Shown one piece after another: positions 35,224-44,941 of a stretch of 47,281 bases of DNA (position 1 is its first letter; every line of letters begins with the position of its first letter). The translations under genes and the position numbers were made by a program. A model generated the notes under the pieces. That model saw nothing but the letters and a program-made list of their open reading frames with translations, was not told where the DNA came from and ran no database searches. The stretch comes from Alphaproteobacteria bacterium (GTDB lineage: Bacteria > Pseudomonadota > Alphaproteobacteria > CACIAM-22H2), in the NCBI GenBank assembly GCA_044359885.1, contig JBIKLI010000001.1, positions 1-47,281 on the forward strand. Reading direction: 5' to 3'.

Positions 35224-37263
35224 TCAATGCGCGAGCTGCCGCCAGAGAAAGGCGAAGGCGAGCGCACTCAGATGCGCGGCCTGCCGGTTGTCGGCGGCGC
35301 CGCCATGACCGCCCTCGACGTTCTCGTAGAACAGGATGTCGTGACCGAGCTCGCGCATGCGCGCCGCCATCTTGCGCGCGTGCCCGGGATGGACGCGGTC
35401 GTCGCGCGTCGATGTCGTGAACAGGATCCGCGGATAGCGCCGCCCACGACGCACGGCGTGATAGGGCGACCAGTGCCGCAGCCATTCCCAGTCGCGAGGA
35501 TCGTCCGGGTCGCCGTACTCGCCCATCCACGAGGCGCCGGCGAGCAGCCTGTGGTAGCGGCGCATGTCGAGCAGCGGCACCTGGCACACGACGGCGCCGA
35601 AAAGGTCGGGCTGTCGCATCGCCATGTTGGCGACCAGCAGACCGCCGTTGCTCGCGCCCATGATGCCGAGCCGCGCGGGTGTCGCGACGCCGCGCGCGAT
35701 CAGGTCGCGCGCCACCGCGGCGAAATCCTCGCCGCATCGCGTCCGCCCGTCCTTGACGGCCGCCTGATGCCAGCGCGGCCCGTACTCGCCGCCGCCGCGG
35801 ATATTGGCGAGCGCATAGGCCCCGCCACGCTCCAGCCAGGCCGCGCCGGTCGTCGCCTGATATCCCGGCGTCACCGGCACCTCGAAGCCGCCATAGCCGT
35901 AGAGCAGCGTCGGCGTGCGGCCGTCGAGGCGCAGGCCGCGCCGCGCGACCAGGAAATAGGGAACCCGCGTGCCGTCGTCCGACGCGACGAAGCGCTGCTC
36001 GACCTCAAGTTCCCCGGCGTCGAAGAGCGCCGGCAGCGCCTTCAGCGTCGCGGCGGGGCCGCCGCCGATCGTGCCATGCCGCAGGCTGGTCGGCGTCAGG
36101 AAGTCCGTGACCGTGAGCCAATAGTCGTCGCCCGCCTCGGCGTCGACGGGCGTGGCGCCGACCGACCCGAATTCGGGCAGGCCCGGCAAGGGCGCCCCCC
36201 GCCAAGCGCCGCCGTCGAAGCGCCACGCCGAGACGCGCGACTTGACGTCCTCCAGCGTGCCGATCAGCACATGGTCGCGGGTGGAAGACCAGCCGGCCAG
36301 CGAGGTCGACGGCGTCGGCGCGAACAGGACGTGGAACCGGCGCGCCCCGGCGACGAACGCATCGAAGCGGCAGGCGAGCAGCGAGCCGGCCGCGTAGGTC
36401 GCGCCGTCCACCTGCCAGTCCTCGCGCAGCGCCAGCAGCAGCCAGTCGCGATGGGGCCGCACCATCGCGCTGTCGGGCTTGTCGAGCCGGACCAGGACAT
36501 CGTCGCGCAGCCAGAAGGTCTCGTTGCTGTAGAAGCTGCGGACCCGGACCACGAAGTCGCGCTCGAATCCGCGCGCATGGTCGCGCGTCCCGTAGCAGGT
36601 GACATCCCCCGGCTCGCCCTCGGCCACGATCCTGGCGCCGGCGAGGTCGCTGCCGCGCCGCCAGAGCCTGACCACGCGCGGATAGCCCGACTGTGTCATG
36701 GATCCGGGCCCGAAATCGGTGCCGACGAAGATCTCGTCGCGGCCGCGCCACGCGACCTGGCACTTGGATTCGGGCAATACGAAGCCGTCCGCGACGAAGC
36801 GCTTCGCGCGAACGTCGAATTCGCGCACCACCACGGCGTCGGCGCCGCCGCGCGACAGCGTCAGCAGCGCGCGGTCGTGCCCGGGAGGCAGGAAGTTCGC
36901 CCCCTTCCAGACCCAGTTCTCCCCTTCCTCGCGGCCGAGCGCGTCCAGATCGAGGACGACCTCCCAGGCCGGATCGCGATCGCGGAACGCAGCCGGCGTC
37001 GTGCGCCGCCACAGGCCGCGCGGATGCGCCGCGTCCTGCCAGAGGTTGTAGAGATGCCCGCCGCGCGCCGCGACGAAGGGAATCCGCGCGTCGCTGTCGA
37101 GTATCGACCGGATGCGCGCGCGCAGCGCCGCGAACGCCGGCGTCGTCGCCAGTTCCGTCTCGGTGCGCTCGTTCTGCGCACGCACCCAGGCCAGCGCCGC
37201 GTCGCCGCCGACCTCCTCGAGCCAGAGATGGGGATCCTCATCGGGGGGAAACGCGTCTGCCAT
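35224..37263 (-). CDS. Prolyl oligopeptidase (S9A) family serine peptidase
   Basis: The ATG at 37263 gives MADAFPPDEDPHLWLEEVGGDAALAWVRAQN, a typical PEP N-terminus. The catalytic Ser is in GASNGGLL, followed by a DDRV...GGHGG C-terminal region. Confidence 0.9.
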   Translation of the reverse strand: MADAFPPDEDPHLWLEEVGGDAALAWVRAQNERTETELATTPAFAALRARIRSILDSDARIPFVAARGGHLYNLWQDAAHPRGLWRRTTPAAFRDRDPAWEVVLDLDALGREEGENWVWKGANFLPPGHDRALLTLSRGGADAVVVREFDVRAKRFVADGFVLPESKCQVAWRGRDEIFVGTDFGPGSMTQSGYPRVVRLWRRGSDLAGARIVAEGEPGDVTCYGTRDHARGFERDFVVRVRSFYSNETFWLRDDVLVRLDKPDSAMVRPHRDWLLLALREDWQVDGATYAAGSLLACRFDAFVAGARRFHVLFAPTPSTSLAGWSSTRDHVLIGTLEDVKSRVSAWRFDGGAWRGAPLPGLPEFGSVGATPVDAEAGDDYWLTVTDFLTPTSLRHGTIGGGPAATLKALPALFDAGELEVEQRFVASDDGTRVPYFLVARRGLRLDGRTPTLLYGYGGFEVPVTPGYQATTGAAWLERGGAYALANIRGGGEYGPRWHQAAVKDGRTRCGEDFAAVARDLIARGVATPARLGIMGASNGGLLVANMAMRQPDLFGAVVCQVPLLDMRRYHRLLAGASWMGEYGDPDDPRDWEWLRHWSPYHAVRRGRRYPRILFTTSTRDDRVHPGHARKMAARMRELGHDILFYENVEGGHGGAADNRQAAHLSALAFAFLWRQLAH

Positions 37264-37420
37264 CCCGCCCAGATGATCGCACCCGCGCCCCGCGCGCAAG
37301 ACCGCACCAGCCATCGCGGCGCGCGGCGGCCTTACGCCCAATGGCTGCGCATGGCGACGGCGCCCCCCGTGCTACCGCAAACACGGCATCGCCCACGCAT
37401 CGTCGGATCCGCCGCGGACC

Positions 37421-39796
37421 ATGAAAAGACTGCTCCTCGTCTCCTTCCACTTTCCGCCCTTCAACGCCATCGCGGCGGTGAGGACCGGCAAGTTCGCGCG
37501 CTTCCTGCTGGCGCATGGCTGGGACGTGCGGGTGATCGCCGCGCGGTCCGAGGCCCCCGAAACCCTGCCGCTCGAAATCCCCGCCGCGCTGGTCCTGCAC
37601 ACCTCTTGGACGAATGTCGACGCGGTTCTCGACCGCCTGCTGCGCCTGGATCGGCGGCGCGCCAACGAGGCGCCGTCGGGCAGCGCCCCTGCCCAGGCGG
37701 GCGGGGGCCTGCGTCGCCGGCTGGGGGCCCTGCGCAGCGCCTTGTTCCACGTCCCCGACAACCGCGTCGCCTGGTTGCCCGAGGCGCTGAGCCGCGCGCA
37801 GCCCTTCCTGGGCGACTGGCGGCCCGATGTCGTCTATGCCAGCGCGCCGCCCGCCACGACGCTGCTGGTCGCGCGCAGCCTCGCGCACCGCTACGGCGTG
37901 CCCTGGATCGCGGAGTTCCGCGATCTCTGGATCGACAACCCCTATTACGAGTTTCCGGCCTGGCGGCGGCGTCTGGAAACGCCGTGGGAAAGACGGGTCG
38001 TCGGCGACGCCGCGGCGCTGGTCACCGTGTCGTCGATCTGGCGCGACTTGCTGCGCGCCAAGTTCGGCAAGCCGGTGGCGCTGGCCATGAACGGCTTCGC
38101 GCCCGAGGACATGCCGCCCGACCTGCCGGCGCCCGCGGCCACGGGCGGCAGCCTTCGGATCCTCTACACGGGCATGATCTATCCCGGCTATCGCGACCCG
38201 CGGCCGCTGTTCGAGGCGATCGCGCGCTTGGGCGCCGCGCGCGACGCGGTCGAGGTCGAGTTCGCCGGTGCCGGCCTTGCGGCAGTGATGGGGCTTGCCG
38301 CGGCCGCCGGCGTCGCCGACCGGGTGCGGATCATCCCGCCGGTCGCCTATCGCGAAGCGTTGCGCCTGCAGAGCCGCGCCGACATCCTGCTGCATCTGCA
38401 ATGGAACGACCCGCGCGAGTCCGGCACGATCTCGGGCAAGCTGTTCGAATATCTGGGCGCGCGCCGTCCGGTGCTGGGCCTCGGCTATGATCGTGGCGAG
38501 GTCGCGGCCCTGCTGGCCGAGCATGGACGCGGGGTCGTGCTCAACGAGCCCGGCGCCATCGCCGCGCAGTTGAGCCGCTGGATCGCCGAGAAACGCGCGG
38601 GCGGCATCGCGCCGCTCGCCGAAGACGCCGTGTCGGGGCTGACCCGCGACGCCCAGTTCGTGGCCGCCGAGCGTCTGGCGTGGGAGGCGGCGGCACGGAC
38701 GATCCCGGCCCCGCCGCCCGCCGCCCGGCGCGACCCCACCGGCATGCGGGCCACGCGGCTGCACGCGCCGGCGCCGATGGATGCCGGCGCGCGCCCGCTG
38801 CTCTGCGTCGTCGTCGACACCGAGGAGCAGTTCGACTGGCAGGGCCCGTTCTCGCGCCACAACGTCGCGGTGTCCGCGATCGGGTCGCTGCATCTGGCGC
38901 AGTCGCTGTTCGAGCGGTTCGGCATCAGTCCGGCCTATCTGCTCGACTACCCGATCGCGACCGCGGATCTGGCCCGCGGGCTGATCGGCGACTGGCACGC
39001 GGCCGGACGCTGCGAGATCGGCGCGCAGCTGCACCCGTGGGTCAATCCGCCTCATGTCGAGGAAGTGACGATCGCCAATTCCTTCGCCGGCAACCTGCCC
39101 CCGGGGCTGGAGCGGCAGAAGCTCGAAGCGCTCAAGGCGGAGATCGCCGCCGCGTTCGGCGACGCGCCGCGCATCTACAAGGCCGGCCGCTACGGGCTCG
39201 GACCGTCGACCGCCACGACGCTGGAACGGCTCGGCTTCGCGGTCGACACCTCCGGCCTGCCCTACACGGATCTGCGCTTCAAGCAGGGACCGGATCTGCG
39301 AAGCTTCACCGAGCGGCCGTTCCTGTTCGGCGAGCGCCGACCGCTGCTGCAGCTGCCGCCGACACGCGGCTTCATCGGCCGCGCGGCCCGCATGGCGACG
39401 CGCTGCTTCCCGCTGGTCGAGGGCGAGACCGTTCTGGCGAGCCAGCTGCGCGGCGCGCTGGCGCGAACCGGGCTGATCGACCGCGTGACCCTGACGCCCG
39501 AGGGCATCGCCCTCGACCAGATGAAGGCGCTGACCCGCGCGCTGCTGGCGCGCGGCCAGCGGATCTTCGTGATGTCGTTCCACAGCCCCTCCCTGGAGCC
39601 GGGCCATACGCCCTACGTGGTCGACCGGCGCACCCGCGCGGCGTTCCTGGGCCGGATCGAGGGCTATCTCGAGTTCTTCATGGGCGAGCTCGGCGGCGGA
39701 CCGACGACGCCGCTGGCGCTGCATGCGCTGCTCCTCCGCGCACGGCGCGCCGCTGCGGGCCCGGCGTCAATCCCGGGTCCGAAGATCGCCGCGTGA
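37421..39796 (+). CDS. Fusion protein: GT-B (GT4-like) glycosyltransferase plus WalW/CE4-superfamily polysaccharide-deacetylase-like domain
   Basis: A single 791-codon frame with high GC3. N-terminus MKRLLLVSFHFPPFNAIAAVRTGKFARFL...SGKLFEYLGARRPVLG (GT-B). A Pro/Ala-rich linker follows. From about aa 453 the sequence reads MDAGARPLLCVVVDTEEQFDWQGPFSR...AQLHPWVNPP...YKAGRYG, which I recognise from memory as WalW-type. Confidence 0.8.
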   Translation: MKRLLLVSFHFPPFNAIAAVRTGKFARFLLAHGWDVRVIAARSEAPETLPLEIPAALVLHTSWTNVDAVLDRLLRLDRRRANEAPSGSAPAQAGGGLRRRLGALRSALFHVPDNRVAWLPEALSRAQPFLGDWRPDVVYASAPPATTLLVARSLAHRYGVPWIAEFRDLWIDNPYYEFPAWRRRLETPWERRVVGDAAALVTVSSIWRDLLRAKFGKPVALAMNGFAPEDMPPDLPAPAATGGSLRILYTGMIYPGYRDPRPLFEAIARLGAARDAVEVEFAGAGLAAVMGLAAAAGVADRVRIIPPVAYREALRLQSRADILLHLQWNDPRESGTISGKLFEYLGARRPVLGLGYDRGEVAALLAEHGRGVVLNEPGAIAAQLSRWIAEKRAGGIAPLAEDAVSGLTRDAQFVAAERLAWEAAARTIPAPPPAARRDPTGMRATRLHAPAPMDAGARPLLCVVVDTEEQFDWQGPFSRHNVAVSAIGSLHLAQSLFERFGISPAYLLDYPIATADLARGLIGDWHAAGRCEIGAQLHPWVNPPHVEEVTIANSFAGNLPPGLERQKLEALKAEIAAAFGDAPRIYKAGRYGLGPSTATTLERLGFAVDTSGLPYTDLRFKQGPDLRSFTERPFLFGERRPLLQLPPTRGFIGRAARMATRCFPLVEGETVLASQLRGALARTGLIDRVTLTPEGIALDQMKALTRALLARGQRIFVMSFHSPSLEPGHTPYVVDRRTRAAFLGRIEGYLEFFMGELGGGPTTPLALHALLLRARRAAAGPASIPGPKIAA

Positions 39797-39875
39797 CCGC
39801 CCGGCCGGCGTTTTGCCGTTTCGGTTCGTGGTGCTATGCCGTTCCGGCGGCAGCGAGCTTGGAGGGGTGACGGGC

Positions 39876-40763
39876 ATGGAAACGCGCTTCGGGGTCGTCG
39901 GGACCGCGTACTGGGCCGAGGCGGTACACGCCCCCGGCCTGCAACGCACGCCGGGCGCGCGGCTGGCCGGGATCTGGGGACGCGACCCCGCCAGGACGCT
40001 GGCGCTGGCGCAGGCGCGCGGCGTGCCTGCCTTCGGATCCTTCGAAGAGATGCTCGATGCGGTCGATGCGGTCAGCTTCGCCGTTCCGCCGCCGGTGCAG
40101 GAGACCTTCGCCGCCAGGGCGATCGCCGCGGGCCGTCATGTGCTGCTGGAGAAGCCGGTCGCGAGCACGGCGCGCGCGGCCGACGCGCTGGCGGCGGCCG
40201 CCGCGCGCGCCGGGGTCGCCGGCATCGTCTTCTTCGCGCGTCGCTTCGTGCCGGAGATCGCGGCGTTCCTGGCGCAGCACGCCGGGGAGACGTGGCGGTC
40301 GGCGACGGCCGAGGTGCGGGCGGCCCCGTTCGCGCCGGGCAGCCCCTACCGGAACTCGGTCTGGCGCCGCGCGCCCGGCGCAGGCATCTGGGACATCGGT
40401 CCGCATGCGCTGTCGATGCTGGTGCCCATGCTGGGTCCGGTGCGCGATGCGCGGCGGCTGCCGGACGAGGACCTCTTCGACCGGTTCGAGACCATGCATG
40501 CGGGGGGCGGTCGCGCCGAGGTGCGCATCACCCTGCATGCCGCGCCGCAGGATGGCTGCAACCGCTATCGCTTCGCCGGGCCGGCCGGCGAGGTGTCGGC
40601 GCCGGAGCCGGAACTCGATCGCGTGGCGAACTTCGCGCGCGCCGCTGGCGCGCTGGTCGCGCTGATCCACGATCGCGCGGCGATCCATCCCTGCGACATC
40701 CGCTTCGGCGCGGAGACCGTGCGCATGCTCGAGCGCGTCCTGCCCTGGCCGGGCGGCGCCTGA
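39876..40763 (+). CDS. Gfo/Idh/MocA-family oxidoreductase
   Basis: The ATG at 39876 follows GGAGGGG. FGVVGTAYWA is the Rossmann segment, and VLLEKPVA is the family's EKP motif. Confidence 0.8.
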   Translation: METRFGVVGTAYWAEAVHAPGLQRTPGARLAGIWGRDPARTLALAQARGVPAFGSFEEMLDAVDAVSFAVPPPVQETFAARAIAAGRHVLLEKPVASTARAADALAAAAARAGVAGIVFFARRFVPEIAAFLAQHAGETWRSATAEVRAAPFAPGSPYRNSVWRRAPGAGIWDIGPHALSMLVPMLGPVRDARRLPDEDLFDRFETMHAGGGRAEVRITLHAAPQDGCNRYRFAGPAGEVSAPEPELDRVANFARAAGALVALIHDRAAIHPCDIRFGAETVRMLERVLPWPGGA

Positions 40764-40767
40764 ACGG

Positions 40768-41955
40768 CTACGCGTCGGTGTCGATCGCCGCCCAGCCGCC
40801 GCCGGCGGCGGAGGATCGCAACGACGCGGCGACGAAGGCGATGCCGCGCAGACCGTCCACCACGCCGGGCGTGTCGAGCGCCAGGGGATCGGCGGGCAGG
40901 CCGGTACGCCGCGCCAGCATCGCTTCCGCGGCGTCGGCGTAGAGATTGGCCATCGCCTCGCGGAAACCCTCGGGATGACCGCGAGGCTGGCGGGTCAGGC
41001 GGGCGGCTGCGGGCGAGAGGCCGGGATCGGCGCGGCCGAGGCGACGCGGCGGCCCGCCCTGCGGCGCCAGAACCAGATAGTTCGGGTCGCGATGCCGCCA
41101 CTCGACGTGACCGTCGGCTCCGAAGACGCGGATCGCGGCGTCGTTCTCGGTACCGGCCGCCGCCTGGCTGACCAGCAGCGTGCCGCGTGCGCCGCCCGCG
41201 AAGCGCAGCCGTGCCGCCGCGTAGTCGTGCACGGTCCGCCCGGGCACCAGCGCGCCGAGTTCAGCCGACACCGCTTCGGCGCGCAGGCCCGAGACGAACT
41301 CGGCCATGTGGAAGGCATGCGTCCCGATGTCGCCCAGCACCAGCGACGGGCCGCCGCGCGCCGGATCCAGCTTCCAGCGCAGCTTCGCGCTCAACGACCC
41401 TTCTTCGTGTCGGGACGCCATGCCGGACTGCAGATACTCGACATCGATCATGCGCACCGCGCCGATCGCCCCTGCGGCGACCAGGGCGCGGGCCTCGCGC
41501 AGCATCGTGTAGCCGGCATAGGTGTGGGTCAGGCAGAAGACGGCCCCGCTGCCTGCGACGCGCGCGGCCAGATCGCGCGCGTCGGCGAGGCTGTTGGCCA
41601 GCGGCTTGTCGCAGACCACGTCCAGCCCGGCCGCCAGCGCCGCGACGCAGATCGCGTGGTGGGTGTCGTTGGGCGTCATCACCGCCAGCGCTTCGATCCC
41701 GTCCGCGCGCGCCGCCTCCCCGGCCAGCATGGCGCCGACATCGTCGTAGCAGCGCGACTCCTCCAGGCCGATGGCACGGCCGCGGGCGCGCGACCGCGCA
41801 GGATCCGAGGACAGCACGCCCGCGACGACGCGCAGACGTCCATCCATCTCGGCGGCGCCGCGATGGACCGAGCCGATGAACGACTCCGGCCCGCCGCCGG
41901 CCACCCCCAGGCGCAGCGGCCGGCCGAGCGCGGCAAGCACCGGATTCGGGCGCAT
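40768..41955 (-). CDS. Gfo/Idh/MocA-family oxidoreductase
   Basis: The ATG at 41955 (MRPNPV...LRLGVAGGGPESFIG) overlaps the upstream stop by 1 nt (TGATG). The VVCDKPLA motif is present. 395 aa. Confidence 0.85.
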   Translation of the reverse strand: MRPNPVLAALGRPLRLGVAGGGPESFIGSVHRGAAEMDGRLRVVAGVLSSDPARSRARGRAIGLEESRCYDDVGAMLAGEAARADGIEALAVMTPNDTHHAICVAALAAGLDVVCDKPLANSLADARDLAARVAGSGAVFCLTHTYAGYTMLREARALVAAGAIGAVRMIDVEYLQSGMASRHEEGSLSAKLRWKLDPARGGPSLVLGDIGTHAFHMAEFVSGLRAEAVSAELGALVPGRTVHDYAAARLRFAGGARGTLLVSQAAAGTENDAAIRVFGADGHVEWRHRDPNYLVLAPQGGPPRRLGRADPGLSPAAARLTRQPRGHPEGFREAMANLYADAAEAMLARRTGLPADPLALDTPGVVDGLRGIAFVAASLRSSAAGGGWAAIDTDA

Positions 41956-43643
41956 CAACGCAGTCCGCGCGGCGCCATGAAGGCGAAGTCGCACCCGCGA
42001 TCGGCCTGCTCGATGGTCTCCAGCAGCAGCCTTTCGTAGCCGCGCGCCTCGTCCGGCACGGCGTAGGGCGCGAGGCGCTGGCGCCGCGTGGCCAGCGTCG
42101 CCGCGTCGACCAGCAATTCGAGGCGCCGCGCCGGCACGTCGAGGACGATGCGGTCGCCGGTCTCCACAAGCGCCAGCGGACCGCCGACCCGCGCCTCGGG
42201 CGCCACGTGCAGCACGATCGTGCCGAAGGCCGTCCCGCTCATGCGCGCGTCGGAGATCCGCACCATGTCCTTGACGCCCTGGCGCGCCAGCTTCTTCGGG
42301 ATCGGGACATAGCCGGCCTCGGGCATGCCGGGATGGCCCTTCGGGCCCGCGTTGCGCATCACGATCACGTCTTCGGCGCGGATGTCGAGATCGGGATCGT
42401 CGATCCGGCGCACGACATCCTCGACCGATTCGAAGACGACCGCGCGTCCTTCGTGTCGCAGCAGCGCCGGCGTCGCGGCCGATTCCTTGATCAGCGCGCC
42501 GTCGGGGGCGAGATTGCCGCGCAGCACCCGCAGCCCGCCCTTGGCGTAGACGGGGTCCGCGCGGCGCCGGATCGCTCCCTGTCCCCTGGCCTCGACCGCG
42601 CCGGCGACGATCTCGGCCAGGGTCTGGCCGGAGACGTTGAGGGTCGAGACGTCGAGCAGGTCGGCGATCTCGCGCAGCAGCACGGGGACGCCGCCCGCTT
42701 CGTGCAGATGCTCCATGTAATGCTCGCCCGCGGGCTTCAGGTTCACCAGCACCGGCGTCGTCTCGCCCAGCGCGTCGAAATCGTCGAGGTCGACGACGAT
42801 GCCGCAGCGCCGCGCGACCGCGGTCAGGTGGATGACCGCGTTGGTCGAGCCGCCGAGGCAGTGCAGGACGCGGAACGCGTTGCGGAACGCCGCCGGGGTC
42901 AGGAAACGGGACGCGCGCAGCCCCTCGCGCGCCAGCGCCACCGCGCGCATGCCGGAAAGCTCGGCCTGGCGGAAGCGCTCGCCATGCACCGCCGGGATCG
43001 CGGCACCGCCCGGCAGGGTCAGGCCCAGCGTCTCGCAGACCGCCGCCATGGTGCTGGCGGTGCCCATCACCATGCACGTGCCGGTGGTCGGCGCCAGACG
43101 GCCGGTCACGGCGCCGATCGCCGCGGCGTCGATCGTCCCGGCGCGATACTGCGCCCAGAGGCGCCGGCAATCGGTGCACGCACCCAGTCGCTCGCCGTCG
43201 TGGGTCGTGGTCAGCATCGGACCGACCGGCACGACGATCGCCGGCAGGTCGACGCTGGCGATCGCCATCAGCTGCGCGGGGATGGTCTTGTCGCAGCCCC
43301 CGATGGCGACCACGGCGTCCATCGGCTGCGCGCGCAGCATCTCCTCGGTTTCCATCGCCATCAGGTTGCGCAGATACATGCTGGTGGGATGGACGAAGGA
43401 TTCGTGCAGCGAGATGGTCGGGAACACCATCGGCAGCCCGCCGGCGCCCAGCACGCCGCGCTTGATCGCCTCGATCAGCTGCGGCGCGTTGCCGTGGCAC
43501 GGATTGAAGTCCGACCCCGTGTCGGCGATGCCGACGATCGGACGCGACAGCGCCTCGTCCGAATACCCCATCGCGCGGATGAAGGCCTTGCGCAGGAAGA
43601 GCGAGAATTCCGGGTCGCCATAGGCCGTCAGGCCCTTCCGCAT
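41955..43643 (-). CDS. IlvD/Edd-family dehydratase (sugar-acid dehydratase subgroup)
   Basis: The ATG at 43643 follows GGGAGGAA. Motifs include IVGIADTGSDFNPCHGN, GGCDKTIPAQLM, TGTCMVMGTASTM, and RISDARMSGTAFG. Confidence 0.9.
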   Translation of the reverse strand: MRKGLTAYGDPEFSLFLRKAFIRAMGYSDEALSRPIVGIADTGSDFNPCHGNAPQLIEAIKRGVLGAGGLPMVFPTISLHESFVHPTSMYLRNLMAMETEEMLRAQPMDAVVAIGGCDKTIPAQLMAIASVDLPAIVVPVGPMLTTTHDGERLGACTDCRRLWAQYRAGTIDAAAIGAVTGRLAPTTGTCMVMGTASTMAAVCETLGLTLPGGAAIPAVHGERFRQAELSGMRAVALAREGLRASRFLTPAAFRNAFRVLHCLGGSTNAVIHLTAVARRCGIVVDLDDFDALGETTPVLVNLKPAGEHYMEHLHEAGGVPVLLREIADLLDVSTLNVSGQTLAEIVAGAVEARGQGAIRRRADPVYAKGGLRVLRGNLAPDGALIKESAATPALLRHEGRAVVFESVEDVVRRIDDPDLDIRAEDVIVMRNAGPKGHPGMPEAGYVPIPKKLARQGVKDMVRISDARMSGTAFGTIVLHVAPEARVGGPLALVETGDRIVLDVPARRLELLVDAATLATRRQRLAPYAVPDEARGYERLLLETIEQADRGCDFAFMAPRGLR

Positions 43644-43734
43644 GCCGCTGGTCACGTCGTTCCTCCCTGGCTGGCCGCCGCCGCCTCGCATTGAGCCCCG
43701 CGACGGGCGCCCGCGTCCAGCGCCGTCGCCCGCG

Positions 43735-44757
43735 TCAGGCGCTGTCGCGCAGCACGACCTCGAAGCCGAGATCGACGCGGCTCGCGACCGGACGGCCGGC
43801 GAGACGGTCGAGGATCATGGCGCCGGCGCGCCGGCCCATCTCGCGACCCGGCACCCGTATCGTGGTCAGCGCCGGATGGGCCTCGCGCGCGACCTCGAAG
43901 TCGCCGAAGCCGGCGATCGCGAGCCCGGCCGGCACCGCCACGCCGCGACGCGCGCATTCGGCCATCGCGCCGAAGGCCGGAAAGTCGTTGGCGAACATCA
44001 CCGCCTCGATCCGCGGCCGCGCCGCGAGCAGCGCCGCCGCCGCCCGCGCGCCGCTGCGCATCGTCAGGCCGCGCTCGCCGGCATCGAGCCGATGGACACA
44101 GGGCGTCAGGCGCGCGGCGCGCATGGCGGCGCGGTAGCCCTCCTCGCGGCGGCGCGAGCGCATTTCGATCGCAGGGTCGACGCCGGCGAAGGCGATCCGG
44201 CGATAGCCGCGCGCCAGCAGCGCCTCGGTCAGGCGCCGCCCGGCGTCGCGGTTCGAGAAACCGACATTCATGTCGATCGGATCGTCGGCCAGTTCCCAGG
44301 TCTCGACCACCGGTATGCCGGCGGCGCGGACCTGCGCGCGCGCGCCGGCGGTGTGGTGGATGCCGGTCAGGACGATCGCGTCCGGCCGCCGGCCGAGAAA
44401 CGCGCGCACCAGGCTCTCTTCGGTCTCCGGCGCGTAGCCGGAATCGGCGATCAGCAGCTGGTAGCCGTGCTCGCGCAGCGCCGCGGTCAGGCCCTCGACC
44501 GTCTCGGCGAAGATCGCGCTGACCAGTGTGGGCACGATCGCGACCACGATGTGGCTGCGCTGCGACTTGAGCGCGCCCGCGACCAGGTTCGGAACGTAGC
44601 CGAGCGCCTGCACGGCGGCCTCGACCCGCGCGCGGGTCCCGGGCGCCACCCTGTCCGGCATGCGCAGCGCCCGCGACACCGTGATCGCCGAGACCCCGGC
44701 CGCGCGGGCGACATCGGCCATGCGGGCCGCGCCGGATGGCAGGTCCTTCGTCGACAC
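43735..44757 (-). CDS. LacI-family transcriptional regulator
   Basis: HTH MADVARAAGVSAITVSRAL followed by a periplasmic-binding-protein-like core. The GTG at 44757 is preceded by GGGAGG, and an alternative ATG lies at 44721. Confidence 0.85.
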   Translation of the reverse strand: MSTKDLPSGAARMADVARAAGVSAITVSRALRMPDRVAPGTRARVEAAVQALGYVPNLVAGALKSQRSHIVVAIVPTLVSAIFAETVEGLTAALREHGYQLLIADSGYAPETEESLVRAFLGRRPDAIVLTGIHHTAGARAQVRAAGIPVVETWELADDPIDMNVGFSNRDAGRRLTEALLARGYRRIAFAGVDPAIEMRSRRREEGYRAAMRAARLTPCVHRLDAGERGLTMRSGARAAAALLAARPRIEAVMFANDFPAFGAMAECARRGVAVPAGLAIAGFGDFEVAREAHPALTTIRVPGREMGRRAGAMILDRLAGRPVASRVDLGFEVVLRDSA

Positions 44758-44798
44758 CCTTGACCTCCCAACGCCGCGACGGATACGCTCGCAATCGA

Positions 44799-44812
44799 TG
44801 TTATCGTTAACC
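44799..44812. promoter_or_regulatory. LacI-type operator candidate
   Basis: TGTTATCGTTAACC matches 12 of 14 positions of the perfect palindrome TGTTATCGATAACA. It has the central CG typical of LacI-family operators. It lies in the divergent lacI-like/dioxygenase intergenic region and is locally AT-rich. Confidence 0.4.
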
Positions 44813-44941
44813 ACGCACGGCTCGCAAGCCGGACGCGCCGCCAGGGTCGCCCCTCCGGCGTCCGGCCCGGCCTGCCGGTCGCGTGGGCCGCGCCAGCTTC
44901 CGCGGGCCTGAGGCCCGCCCCGATCAGGGAGGATCCCGCAC

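Noticed and set aside
35227-38490. A 1087-aa plus-strand ORF, and the 828-aa minus-strand ORF at 37238-39724.
   Set aside because: The first is antisense to the prolyl oligopeptidase and then runs out of frame through the GT-deacetylase gene. The second is antisense to that gene. Both give Arg/Ala/Gly-rich sequence with no motifs, whereas the opposite-strand products have clear family signatures.
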